Origin: an uncultured Acetatifactor sp.
Lineage (GTDB): Bacteria; Bacillota; Clostridia; Lachnospirales; Lachnospiraceae
Assembly (NCBI GenBank): GCA_964631065.1
Contig: CAZVWN010000001.1
Location: 1 to 42,167, forward strand
Direction: 5' to 3'
Length of the DNA: 42,167 bases
The notes below the pieces were generated by a model, which searched no databases, was not told where the DNA came from, and saw only the letters and a program-made list of their open reading frames with translations. Shown one piece after another: positions 17,895 to 26,608 of the stretch. The position numbers and the translations under genes are program-made. Each line of letters opens with the position of its first letter. Positions within the stretch are counted from its first letter, which is position 1.

Positions 17895-19286
17895 TTATGC
17901 CGGCGTCTCTTCCGCAAGATATGCCCTGCATGCAGCAAACACTTTTTTCATTGCCTCCGGTCCGGGCGCTCCGATCGTCAGCCGCTTCTCCACACAGCTC
18001 TTTAAGGAGACCGCGTCATAGATATCCTCCTCAAAGAACGCACTGATTTCCTTCAGCTCCGCAAGGGAAAGCGCGTCGATGGAGGTCTTCTTTTCGATAC
18101 AGTATAAGACCAGTCTGCCGATGATGCCGTGCGCGTCGCGGAACGGCACGCCCTTCCCGACAAGATAATCCGCGGCATCCGTCGCGTTCGTAAATCCGTT
18201 CATCGCGCTCGCCGCCATGCGGTCCTTACGGAAGCGCAGCGTGCCAAGCATCCCGGTAAACAGCGTCAGACAGTCAGCCACCGTATCAAAGGCATCAAAG
18301 GAAAGCTCCTTGTCCTCCTGCATATCCTTATTGTAAGCGAGCGGCAGCCCCTTCATCGTCGTGAGAAGGCTGACCAGCGCACCGTACACCCTGCCCGTCT
18401 TTCCCCGCACAAGCTCCGCGATATCGGGATTCTTTTTCTGCGGCATGATGCTGCTTCCCGTGGAATACGCGTCGTCAATCTCCACGAAACGGTACTCATC
18501 GCTGTTCCAGATAATGATCTCCTCGCAAAAACGGCTTAAGTGCATCATGACCGTTGAAAGCGCGGCTAAAAATTCAATCAGATAATCCCTGTCGGCAACG
18601 GAATCCATGCTGTTTAAGGTCGGTCCCGCAAAGCCTAAAAGCTCTGCCGTATATTCTCTGTCCAGCGGATAGGTCGTTCCCGCAAGCGCGCCCGCCCCTA
18701 ACGGACAATAGTTCATTCTCTTATGGATATCCGCCATGCGCTGTCTGTCCCGCTTAAACATCTCAAAATATGCGCCGTAATGGTGTGCCAGCGTGATCGG
18801 CTGCGCCTTCTGTAAATGGGTAAAGCCCGGCATATAGGTCTCGACGTTTTCCTCCATTGTCGCAAGGATCGCCTCCAAAAGCTCCTTTAACAGCCGGTCC
18901 GTATGCAGGATCTGCTCCCTCGTATAGAGCCGCATATCCAGCGCAACCTGATCGTTCCGGCTCCTGCCTGTATGTAAACGCTTTCCCGCTTCCCCGATCC
19001 TGTCAATCAGATTTCCCTCGACAAAGCTGTGGACATCCTCATATTTCTTTTCGTCGATTGCAAGCGCTCCCGACTCCACATCCCGCAGGATTCCCTGTAA
19101 GCCGTCCGTGATCGCCTTCCTGTCCGCTTCCGTCAGGATGCCCTGCTTCGCCAGCATGGCAACATGGGCGATGCTTCCCTCTATATCCTGCGAAATCAGT
19201 CTCTTATCAAATCCTATGGACGCATTAAATTCGTAAACTTCTTTGTCTGTCTCCTTTGTAAAGCGTCCGCCCCAAAGCTGTGCCAT
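17895..19286 (-). CDS. argH: Argininosuccinate lyase
   Basis: LWGGRF; [11 protein letters not shown]; [12 protein letters not shown]; signature [12 protein letters not shown]; [10 protein letters not shown]. Confidence 0.97.
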   Translation of the reverse strand: MAQLWGGRFTKETDKEVYEFNASIGFDKRLISQDIEGSIAHVAMLAKQGILTEADRKAITDGLQGILRDVESGALAIDEKKYEDVHSFVEGNLIDRIGEAGKRLHTGRSRNDQVALDMRLYTREQILHTDRLLKELLEAILATMEENVETYMPGFTHLQKAQPITLAHHYGAYFEMFKRDRQRMADIHKRMNYCPLGAGALAGTTYPLDREYTAELLGFAGPTLNSMDSVADRDYLIEFLAALSTVMMHLSRFCEEIIIWNSDEYRFVEIDDAYSTGSSIMPQKKNPDIAELVRGKTGRVYGALVSLLTTMKGLPLAYNKDMQEDKELSFDAFDTVADCLTLFTGMLGTLRFRKDRMAASAMNGFTNATDAADYLVGKGVPFRDAHGIIGRLVLYCIEKKTSIDALSLAELKEISAFFEEDIYDAVSLKSCVEKRLTIGAPGPEAMKKVFAACRAYLAEETPA

Positions 19287-19347
19287 TGCCGCTCCTTTCC
19301 CGCAAAGTCATACGCTCACCGGTCGTTTTTCTTTAAACTCAAATCTG

Positions 19348-19376
19348 ATAATAGCATAAAGAATCCCGTTATGCAA
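19348..19376 (-). promoter_or_regulatory. Sigma-A promoter of argH
   Basis: Minus strand TTGCAT-N17-TATTAT with extended -10 TG. Confidence 0.6.
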
Positions 19377-19383
19377 GCCGTGT

Positions 19384-19412
19384 CACCTCTTTTTGTCCGG
19401 TCTCATATCTTA
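19384..19412 (+). promoter_or_regulatory. Candidate mother-cell sporulation (sigma-K/E-like) promoter
   Basis: CACC-N16-CATATCTTA about 30 nt upstream of the ABC ATPase ATG. Confidence 0.45.
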
Positions 19413-19443
19413 AGGTAAAACAAAAAAGGAATGGCATTTTCTT

Positions 19444-20223
19444 ATGCAGAACATTCTGGAGTTGAAAAACATCGGCTATTCTTACCACAGTCTCCACGGC
19501 GAGACAAAGGCTCTGGAAAACATCTCCTTCGGCGTAAGGGAAGGAGAATTTGTCGCCATCGTGGGACCGAGCGGATGCGGAAAATCAACCCTGCTCTCCA
19601 TCATCGCCGGACTGCTTGCGCCGGAGCAGGGAACCATCCTGTTCCATAATCCGGACGGCAGCCTCCACTATCCCGGGATCGGCTATATGCTGCAGCACGA
19701 CCATTTATTCGAGTGGCGCAGTGTCTACCGGAATGTGACGCTCGGACTGGAGCTGCATCACATGCTCACGCCGGAGCGTTTAAAAAACGTCGACAGACTG
19801 CTTGAGGAATACGGACTGTCCGCCTTCCGCGACAAGAGACCGGGCGAGCTCTCCGGCGGCATGAAGCAGCGCGCCGCCCTGATCCGCACGCTTGCGCTCG
19901 AGCCGCAGCTTCTGCTTCTCGACGAGCCGTTCAGCGCCCTGGATTACCAGACGAGGCTCATGGTGTCCGCCGACATCTGCCGCCTGATCCGCAGAACGGG
20001 CAAGACGATGATCATCATTACGCACGACCTTTCCGAGGCGATCAGTCTCGCCGACCGGGTCATTGTTCTCTCCGGACGCCCCGCCGTCGTCAGGACACAG
20101 CTGCCGGTACGGCTGACCCTGACGGACGACTCGCCCCTCGCCGCGCGGAATGCACCGGAATTTCAGCTCTTATTCAACAGACTATGGGAGGAACTGACAC
20201 ATGAAGACAGAAACAGACCTTAA
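19444..20223 (+). CDS. ABC transporter ATP-binding protein, NitT/TauT family (YtlC-like)
   Basis: Walker A GPSGCGKST; signature LSGGMKQR; Walker B LLLLDEPFSALD; H-loop ITHD. Confidence 0.92.
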   Translation: MQNILELKNIGYSYHSLHGETKALENISFGVREGEFVAIVGPSGCGKSTLLSIIAGLLAPEQGTILFHNPDGSLHYPGIGYMLQHDHLFEWRSVYRNVTLGLELHHMLTPERLKNVDRLLEEYGLSAFRDKRPGELSGGMKQRAALIRTLALEPQLLLLDEPFSALDYQTRLMVSADICRLIRRTGKTMIIITHDLSEAISLADRVIVLSGRPAVVRTQLPVRLTLTDDSPLAARNAPEFQLLFNRLWEELTHEDRNRP

Positions 20224-21016
20224 GCTGACCGGACAGGAGCAGTTCATCCGGGCACACAGACAGCATCATCATCAGATCTCCTCGCTGCGCTTTCTGATCT
20301 TTTTTCTCTTTCTCGCGCTCTGGGAGGCAGGCGCGGCGACCGGCGTAGTCGACAGCTTTTTCTTTTCCAGTCCCAGTCTCGTCGTCCGCTGTTTTATCCG
20401 GCTGCTTCTTACGGAGCATATGCTGACCCACATCAGCGTGACGCTGTTCGAGACGGTCGTAAGCTTTCTTCTCGTCATGCTCCTTAGTCTGCTCGTCTCG
20501 ACCGTGCTCTGGTATTCCCGCAGACTTTCCGAGGTGACGGAGCCTTACCTTGTAATCTTAAACAGTCTGCCGAAATCCGCGCTCGCGCCGCTCTTTATCG
20601 TCTGGCTCGGCACCGGTACGAAAACGATCATTGTCGCCGGAATATCCGTCGCCATCTTCGGCTCGATCATCAGCTTTTACACCGGCTTTCAGCAGGTGGA
20701 TCCCGAGAAGCTCACCCTCATCCGCACGCTCGGCGGCAGAAAATGGGACGCTTTTCTGAAAGTCGTTCTCCCCGGCTCGCTTCCCATCCTGCTCAGCACG
20801 GCAAAGGTAAACATCGGGCTTGCGCTGGTCGGCGTCATCATCGGTGAATTTCTCGCCGCAAGGCGGGGACTCGGCTATCTGATCATCTACGGCTCGCAGA
20901 TCTTCCGGCTCGACATGGTGATCACCGGCATCCTTGTGCTGTGCGTGATCGCTCTTCTGTTTTACAGGCTGATACAGCTATTGGAACACAGGATCAAAAA
21001 ACAGTTCCGCATGTAA
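20201..21016 (+). CDS. ABC transporter permease, NitT/TauT family (YtlD-like)
   Basis: LWE..FSSPS; LPKSALAPLFIVWLG; VIIGEFL..RGLGYLI; overlaps the ATPase gene. Confidence 0.9.
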   Translation: MKTETDLKLTGQEQFIRAHRQHHHQISSLRFLIFFLFLALWEAGAATGVVDSFFFSSPSLVVRCFIRLLLTEHMLTHISVTLFETVVSFLLVMLLSLLVSTVLWYSRRLSEVTEPYLVILNSLPKSALAPLFIVWLGTGTKTIIVAGISVAIFGSIISFYTGFQQVDPEKLTLIRTLGGRKWDAFLKVVLPGSLPILLSTAKVNIGLALVGVIIGEFLAARRGLGYLIIYGSQIFRLDMVITGILVLCVIALLFYRLIQLLEHRIKKQFRM

Positions 21017-21112
21017 TTTTGTCAAAAAAAGCCCAAAAGCGTATGCTTTCAGGGCTTACATAGATCACGGAAGAAAAAAGCAAAAAAAATTACAAAAAAT
21101 TAAAATTAGGAC

Positions 21113-21141
21113 TTGAAATTTCTTTTCCCATCAGTTATAAT
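21113..21141 (+). promoter_or_regulatory. Sigma-A promoter of tRNA-Thr with A-rich UP element
   Basis: TTGAAA-N17-TATAAT preceded by repeated A-tracts (about 21075-21105). Confidence 0.85.
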
Positions 21142-21193
21142 ACATTTGTTGCGCGTGAGAGACAGGATTTTATCTCACATTTTTATCTCATAT

Positions 21194-21266
21194 GCTTCCG
21201 TGGCTCAGTTGGTAGAGCGACGCACTCGTAATGCGTAGGTCAGGGGTTCAAGTCCCCTCGGGAGCT
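21194..21266 (+). tRNA. tRNA-Thr (anticodon CGT), CCA not encoded
   Basis: Cloverleaf: acceptor GCTTCCG/CGGGAGC, D-arm GCTC/GAGC, anticodon arm ACGCA-CTCGTAA-TGCGT, T-arm AGGGG-TTCAAGT-CCCCT; 73 nt. Confidence 0.97.
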
Positions 21267-21269
21267 TTT

Positions 21270-21302
21270 AAAAGGATGTGTCAGAGCTGACACATCCTTT
21301 TT
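21270..21302. terminator. Bidirectional intrinsic terminator between tRNA-Thr and the glgB-like gene
   Basis: AAAAGGATGTGTCAG-AG-CTGACACATCCTTTT perfect inverted repeat with A/T tails. Confidence 0.85.
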
Positions 21303-21355
21303 GTTATCCTGATTCCTTTTTCTTTCGTATTTCCGGTATGTCTCTCCCATTTCCG

Positions 21356-21385
21356 CTCCCGGACAGCCCTTACACTGTCCGGGAG
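21356..21385. other. GC-rich stem-loop just 3' of the glgB-like gene
   Basis: CTCCCGGACAG-N8-CTGTCCGGGAG perfect 11-bp stem without a U-tract. Confidence 0.5.
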
Positions 21386-21403
21386 GCGGTCTTTCAGCTT
21401 TCT

Positions 21404-23644
21404 TTAAGCTTTGTCCGGTCTCCCGGCGCCTTTTTTGCCGTTATTCTTATTCTTATTCTTCTGCTCTGTCTGCTCTGCCGCTTCCCGCTCAGCGGGCGTT
21501 ACGGGATAAAACCTTAAAATGCTCATCGACAGCGGCGCGAGCCTGATCGTAAGAGAATTTTCCCGCTCATCGCAGGAGACGGCGCGGGAGCGCTTTGCAC
21601 GGCTGTTGACCACGCCGCTTCCCCCGTACTTCTCATCATCCGTATTCAGAAGCTCCTTATATTTTCCGCCCTCCGGCACGCCCGTTGTCAGCTCCGTAAA
21701 GTCGCCCGAGAAGTTTGCCGCGATCAGCAGCAGCTCCCCCGCGCCCTTCCGCACATAGCTCAGACAGCAGCCCGCCGCATCCATACTGTTGATCCATTCA
21801 AAATTCTCCGGCGAATCATCCGCATACAGCGCAGGATTCGTGAGATAGAGGCGGTTCAGATCGCCGACCAGCCGCATGATCCCCTCATTTTCCGGGAAGG
21901 TATTCAGCTCCCACGCAAGCTGTCTGCCCTCATGCCATTCATCCGGCTCGGCAATGTCCTGCCCCATAAAGAGGAGCTTCTTCCCGGGATGCGTGATAAA
22001 GTAGCCGTAGGTCAGGCGTAAGTTTGCGAACTGCTCCTGCTTCTCTCCCGGCATTTTCCCGAGCAGGGATCCCTTTCCATGCGTCAGCTCCTCGTGAGAA
22101 AAGCCGACCAGAAACTTCTCGCTGTACGCATAAACCGTACTGAAGATCAGCCCGTTGTGGTGATATTTTCTAAAAAACGGCGCATAGCCGATATAATCCG
22201 CATAATCCGCGGCATATCCCGCATTCCATGCAAGGTCAAACCCGAGTCCGCCGTTTTGAAGCGTATCCGTGATCTGCGGGAAGGTCGAGCCGCCGGATGC
22301 AATCGTGATCACGCCGGGATTCCTCTTCTTTAAAACGGAATTGAGGTGCTTCAAAAACTCCATCCCTTCGAGATTTTCCCTGCCGCCGTACATGTTCTCG
22401 CCCTGACTGCGATACAGCAGATTCTCGATCGAGCTGATGCAGATGCCGTCCGCATGATACTTCTCCACCCAGAAGAGCGCGTTCGCGATCAGGTAATTTA
22501 ATACCTGCGGTCTGCCGAAGTTAAAATCCGATGTTCCCGGTTCCTCGTACAGCGCCGTTCCGTCAAAATCCGCAAGTCCGTGAAGATCGCGCGGGAAGGA
22601 GGCAGGGGACCAGTCAAGGATCACGCCGATTCCCTCCTTATGCAGCTCATTGACAAAATACATAAAGTCCTGCGGCGTTCCGTAGCGCGCCGTCGGCGCA
22701 TAAAAACCGATCGTCTGGTATCCCCAGGAGGCATCCAGCGGGTGCTCCATCACGGGCATCAGCTGAACATGCGTATACCCCATCTCCTTCAGAAACGGGA
22801 TCAGCCCCTCCGCAATGCTCCGAAAGTCCGCATAAGGCTGCCCGTCCAAGGGTTTGGTAAAGGAGCCGGCATACAGCTCATAAATGCTGACGGGCACATT
22901 CCCCGTCTGCATATCGGCGCGCCTGTCCACAAAAGGCGCATCCTCCCAGCGAAAATCGTACAGATCCGTGATCACGGACGCCGTCTCCGGACGAAGCTGC
23001 GCCGCATTGCAATAGGGATCCGCCTTCAGATACGTCAGACCGTTTTTCAGCTTCAGCTCGAATTTATAATTGTCGCCCGTCTTCGCGCCCGGAACAAAAA
23101 TGCTGAAGATGCCGGAACCCAGGAGTCTCCGCATCTGGTGTACCCTGCCGTCCCAGCCGTTAAAATCGCCCGCCACGCTGACCCGGAGGGCATGCGGCGC
23201 CCAGACGGCAAAATAGGTTCCCGGAACGCCGTCCAGCGCCATCGGATGCGCGCCGAGCTTCTCGTAGACCGTATAATGGATCCCGTTTTGGAACAGCTCC
23301 ATGTCCTTCTTTGTAATCAGCGGCGCATACCGGTATGCCTCGCCGCATTTCCGGACGCTGCCGTCTTCGCTCTTGACGACATAATGATATCCGGACAGCT
23401 CCTTTTCCCTAAAGGGCAAAAGCGCCGCAAAGTATCCGTCCGCGTCCGCCAGCTCCATCTGAAAGGTCTCCCCCGTATCATTCATTACGATCGCCACCCG
23501 CGTCGCCCCCGGGAAAAACGCCTGTACCAGTGTCTGACTGCCCGCCGCGTGCGGTCCGAGCAGCTCATGCGGATGATCCGATTCCGAATAAATGATCTCT
23601 TCAATCTTCGGCCAGTTCATCATGCCGTATAATCTTTTCTCCAT
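21404..23644 (-). CDS. GlgB-like (GH13_9, CBM48) 1,4-alpha-glucan branching enzyme homolog with substituted catalytic residues
   Basis: GlgB scaffold motifs present (HPHELLGPH, FAVWAPHA, KADPY, MPVMEHP..SWGYQ, YGGRENLE, HPGKKLLFMGQ). Conserved regions I-IV read DWSPASFP, DGICISSI, IASGGST and SHEELTHGK. Confidence 0.85.
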   Translation of the reverse strand: MEKRLYGMMNWPKIEEIIYSESDHPHELLGPHAAGSQTLVQAFFPGATRVAIVMNDTGETFQMELADADGYFAALLPFREKELSGYHYVVKSEDGSVRKCGEAYRYAPLITKKDMELFQNGIHYTVYEKLGAHPMALDGVPGTYFAVWAPHALRVSVAGDFNGWDGRVHQMRRLLGSGIFSIFVPGAKTGDNYKFELKLKNGLTYLKADPYCNAAQLRPETASVITDLYDFRWEDAPFVDRRADMQTGNVPVSIYELYAGSFTKPLDGQPYADFRSIAEGLIPFLKEMGYTHVQLMPVMEHPLDASWGYQTIGFYAPTARYGTPQDFMYFVNELHKEGIGVILDWSPASFPRDLHGLADFDGTALYEEPGTSDFNFGRPQVLNYLIANALFWVEKYHADGICISSIENLLYRSQGENMYGGRENLEGMEFLKHLNSVLKKRNPGVITIASGGSTFPQITDTLQNGGLGFDLAWNAGYAADYADYIGYAPFFRKYHHNGLIFSTVYAYSEKFLVGFSHEELTHGKGSLLGKMPGEKQEQFANLRLTYGYFITHPGKKLLFMGQDIAEPDEWHEGRQLAWELNTFPENEGIMRLVGDLNRLYLTNPALYADDSPENFEWINSMDAAGCCLSYVRKGAGELLLIAANFSGDFTELTTGVPEGGKYKELLNTDDEKYGGSGVVNSRAKRSRAVSCDERENSLTIRLAPLSMSILRFYPVTPAEREAAEQTEQKNKNKNNGKKGAGRPDKA

Positions 23645-23691
23645 ACTTATCCTTATACCTCGATAAAACCATGTACTTTTTTGATAAAAGA

Positions 23692-23768
23692 TGCTACAAT
23701 AAAGGCGTTCCGCCCGCTGTAGCGGAGGAACATATTACTATTCTATCACGAAAATCGGAATCTGTGAA
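23692..23768. promoter_or_regulatory. Face-to-face promoter pair for the glgB-like gene and the small ORF
   Basis: Plus strand extended -10 TGC-TACAAT (23692-23700). Minus strand TTCACA-N17-TAGAAT with TG extension (23768-23740). Confidence 0.5.
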
Positions 23769-23787
23769 CAGAAAGGACAGGAAAAAT

Positions 23788-24072
23788 ATGACTGAAGAAA
23801 ACAAAAAGCTTCTGGCGCGGATCAATTCCTATGCGGAAGACGCCCTCGGCGAGACCGATCCGCAGAAGGTTCCCGTCTCCGTCCGGCTCGAGAAGCTTAA
23901 GCCCGTTATGGAAGAGATCGCAAAGGAACGGAACGTTTCCTTAGAGGATATCTTTATCCTGTATATGGATCTGCAAAGCGAGGCAACCCTTTCCGCCCAG
24001 AAAAAGCTGGAGGAGAGTCTGCAGGATATCAACGACGGGCCGGACGGCGGCATGCCGCTGCTGTTCCGATAA
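23788..24072 (+). CDS. Small (94 aa) acidic, helical hypothetical protein
   Basis: ATG 23788 preceded by AAAGGACAGGA; protein-like composition; followed by a bidirectional terminator. Confidence 0.75.
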   Translation: MTEENKKLLARINSYAEDALGETDPQKVPVSVRLEKLKPVMEEIAKERNVSLEDIFILYMDLQSEATLSAQKKLEESLQDINDGPDGGMPLLFR

Positions 24073-24143
24073 CGACACCCTGCGGGCGGCGCGCGGACGC
24101 TGTAAAAAAGTTAAAAGTCGCGCTTTCAGCGCTCTGTAACTGC

Positions 24144-24188
24144 AAAAAAAGATTCCGGAGCATCCGCTAAGCTGCCCCGGAATCTTTT
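24144..24188. terminator. Bidirectional terminator between the small ORF and serA
   Basis: AAAAGATTCCGGAGCA...TGCCCCGGAATCTTTT inverted repeat with A/T tails. Confidence 0.8.
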
Positions 24189-24241
24189 CATATGCTGAAC
24201 TATACTGAAACCTCTGATTTTTCTGTACGCTGCGGCATCCG

Positions 24242-25405
24242 TTATTTTACGATTCTTACCCGGAATACGCCGTCAATCTTCTCAAGCGCCTCAAGGATCT
24301 CCGTCGTCGGCGTGCTCTCCACGTCGATCATCGTATAAGCGACATCTCCCCTGGACTTGTTCGTCAGCTCACTGATATTGATGCCCTTTGCACCAAACTC
24401 CGCAGTAAACTGCGTGATCATGTTTGCAATGTTCTTATGGAAGATTGCAACACGCCCCGCCTTTGTGCAGACACCCATATCGCACGCAGGATAGTTTACG
24501 CTGTTGCGGATATTGCCGTTTTCCAGATAATCCATGATCTCCGCAACCGCCATCACCGCACAGTTGTCCTCAGACTCTTCCGTGCTCGCGCCGAGGTGCG
24601 GGATCACGATACAGCCCTTCTGCCCCGCCGTCGTCGGATTCGGGAAATCGGATACATAGCGCGCGATCTTGCCGCTCGCAAGTCCCTCCAGCACGTCCTT
24701 CTCATTTGCGAGAAGATCTCTCGCAAAGTTTAAGAGCACAACGCCCTCCTTCATCTTCGCGATGGAAACCGCGTTGATCATGCCCTTTGTCGAATCCATA
24801 AGCGGCACATGGATCGTGATATAATCACATTCCGCGTAAATATCATCCACATTCAGGACATGCTTTACCGAACGGCTCAGATTCCATGCCGCATTGACGG
24901 ACAGATAGGGATCGTAGCCGTAAACCTCCATGCCGAGCGCTACCGCGGCATTCGCAACCTTAACGCCGATCGCGCCGAGACCGATCACGCCGAGCTTCTT
25001 CCCCATGATCTCCGTTCCCGCAAAGTTCTTCTTTTCCTTCTCCGCCGCCTTCGCGATGTCCGCGTTATCCGCAGAAGCCTTTACCCATTCGATACCGCCG
25101 ACAACGTCTCTTGCCGCCAGAAGCATGCCGGCGAGCACAAGCTCCTTGACCCCGTTCGCATTCGCGCCGGGCGTGTTGAACACGACGATACCCTTCTCTG
25201 CGCACTTATCCAGCGGGATATTGTTTACGCCCGCTCCGGCTCTCGCAACCGCAAGCAGTCCTTCCGGAAGCTCCATCTCATGCATGGAAGCGCTTCTGAC
25301 GAGCACGCCGTCCGCTTCGCTGATATCCGCCGTAATCTGATACTGTTCACTAAAATTCTTTAATCCCACATCCGCAATGGGATTCAGGCAATTGATCTTA
25401 AACAT
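24242..25405 (-). CDS. serA: D-3-phosphoglycerate dehydrogenase with C-terminal ACT domain
   Basis: RAGAGVNNI; NTPGANA; GLGAIG; PHLGASTEESE; ACT-like C-terminus; follows serC. Start at ATG 25405 with AAGGAG RBS. Confidence 0.92.
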   Translation of the reverse strand: MFKINCLNPIADVGLKNFSEQYQITADISEADGVLVRSASMHEMELPEGLLAVARAGAGVNNIPLDKCAEKGIVVFNTPGANANGVKELVLAGMLLAARDVVGGIEWVKASADNADIAKAAEKEKKNFAGTEIMGKKLGVIGLGAIGVKVANAAVALGMEVYGYDPYLSVNAAWNLSRSVKHVLNVDDIYAECDYITIHVPLMDSTKGMINAVSIAKMKEGVVLLNFARDLLANEKDVLEGLASGKIARYVSDFPNPTTAGQKGCIVIPHLGASTEESEDNCAVMAVAEIMDYLENGNIRNSVNYPACDMGVCTKAGRVAIFHKNIANMITQFTAEFGAKGINISELTNKSRGDVAYTMIDVESTPTTEILEALEKIDGVFRVRIVK

Positions 25406-25415
25406 AGGCTCTCCT

Positions 25416-26501
25416 TTACTTTGCATTCTGCTTCTCAAATTCTCTCATAAATGCAACCAGCTTCTCAACGCCCTCGAGAGGCATTGCATTGTAGATGCTC
25501 GCGCGCATACCGCCGACGGTTCTGTGACCCTTTAAGTTCACAAACCCTGCCGCTGCCGCTTCCTTGACAAATTTCGCATCCAGCTCCTCATCCCCCGTGA
25601 CAAACGGAACGTTCATCAGGGAACGGTCCTCCTTACGCACGGTTCCCTGAAACAGCTTACTCTCATCGAGGAAATCATACAGGATCTTCGCCTTTTTCTC
25701 GTTGTGCGCCTTCATCGCTTCGAGTCCGCCCATCTTCTTAAGCCACTTGAAGACCTTGCCGCAGATATAGATGCCGTATGCGGGCGGCGTGTTGTAGAGG
25801 GATTCATTGTCCGCATGGATCTTATACTTTAACATGGTCGGCGTGCCCGGAAGAACGTCCTCCGTGATCAGATCCTCGCGGATGATGACAATGACAACGC
25901 CGGCAGGTCCGATGTTCTTCTGTACGCCGCCGTAGATCACGCCGTATTTCGTGACATCGACAGGCTCAGACAGAAAACAGCTGGAAACATCCGCTACAAG
26001 GGGCTTTCCCTTCGTGTTGGGCAGCGTCTTGAACTTTGTACCGTAGATCGTATTGTTTTCACAGATATAGACATAATCCGCATCCTCGCTGATCGGAAGA
26101 TCCGAGCAGTCGGGGATATAAGAAAAGGTCTGATCCTCCGAAGAAGCAATCTTATTTGCCTTACCGTAAATGCACGCCTCCTGATATGCCTTCTTCGCCC
26201 ACTGTCCCGTAACGATATAATCCGCAACCTTATTCTTCATCAGGTTCATCGGGATCATGGCAAACTGCTGGCTTGCACCGCCCTGTAAAAAGAGCACCTT
26301 ATAATTGTCCGGAATGTTCATGAGATCCCGCAGATCCGCTTCCGCTTCCTTGATGATCGTATCGTAAGCCTTAGATCGGTGACTCATCTCCATAACGGAC
26401 ATTCCTGTCCCCTTGTAATCAAGCATTTCATCAGCAGCTTCGCGCAGAACTTCCTCCGGCAGCACCGCAGGCCCCGCAGAAAAATTGTACACTCTGGACA
26501 T
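25416..26501 (-). CDS. serC: Phosphoserine aminotransferase
   Basis: NFSAGPA; EMSHRS; QGGA; PLP lysine in QKNIGPAG; YNTPP; GHRTVGGMRASIYNA. Confidence 0.97.
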   Translation of the reverse strand: MSRVYNFSAGPAVLPEEVLREAADEMLDYKGTGMSVMEMSHRSKAYDTIIKEAEADLRDLMNIPDNYKVLFLQGGASQQFAMIPMNLMKNKVADYIVTGQWAKKAYQEACIYGKANKIASSEDQTFSYIPDCSDLPISEDADYVYICENNTIYGTKFKTLPNTKGKPLVADVSSCFLSEPVDVTKYGVIYGGVQKNIGPAGVVIVIIREDLITEDVLPGTPTMLKYKIHADNESLYNTPPAYGIYICGKVFKWLKKMGGLEAMKAHNEKKAKILYDFLDESKLFQGTVRKEDRSLMNVPFVTGDEELDAKFVKEAAAAGFVNLKGHRTVGGMRASIYNAMPLEGVEKLVAFMREFEKQNAK

Positions 26502-26537
26502 CTCACATTCCTCCTCAGATTTTGTATATGTAGTCTT

Positions 26538-26566
26538 AGAATAATCTTCTTTTTTGCTTTAGTCAA
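26538..26566 (-). promoter_or_regulatory. Sigma-A promoter of serC-serA
   Basis: Minus strand TTGACT-N17-TATTCT. Confidence 0.6.
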
Positions 26567-26608
26567 GTAAATAATTAACTTTTTACATTGATAAATCCAA
26601 CCGCTTTC

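Noticed and set aside
21194-21400. tRNA-Thr as the attachment site of an integrated element
   Set aside because: No integrase, and I saw no duplicated tRNA 3' end; a terminator and a chromosomal-type gene follow directly.
21404-23644. Calling the gene a functional glgB, or a pseudogene
   Set aside because: The catalytic triad is substituted, so the symbol is withheld; the frame is intact and full length, so there is no direct evidence of pseudogenisation.
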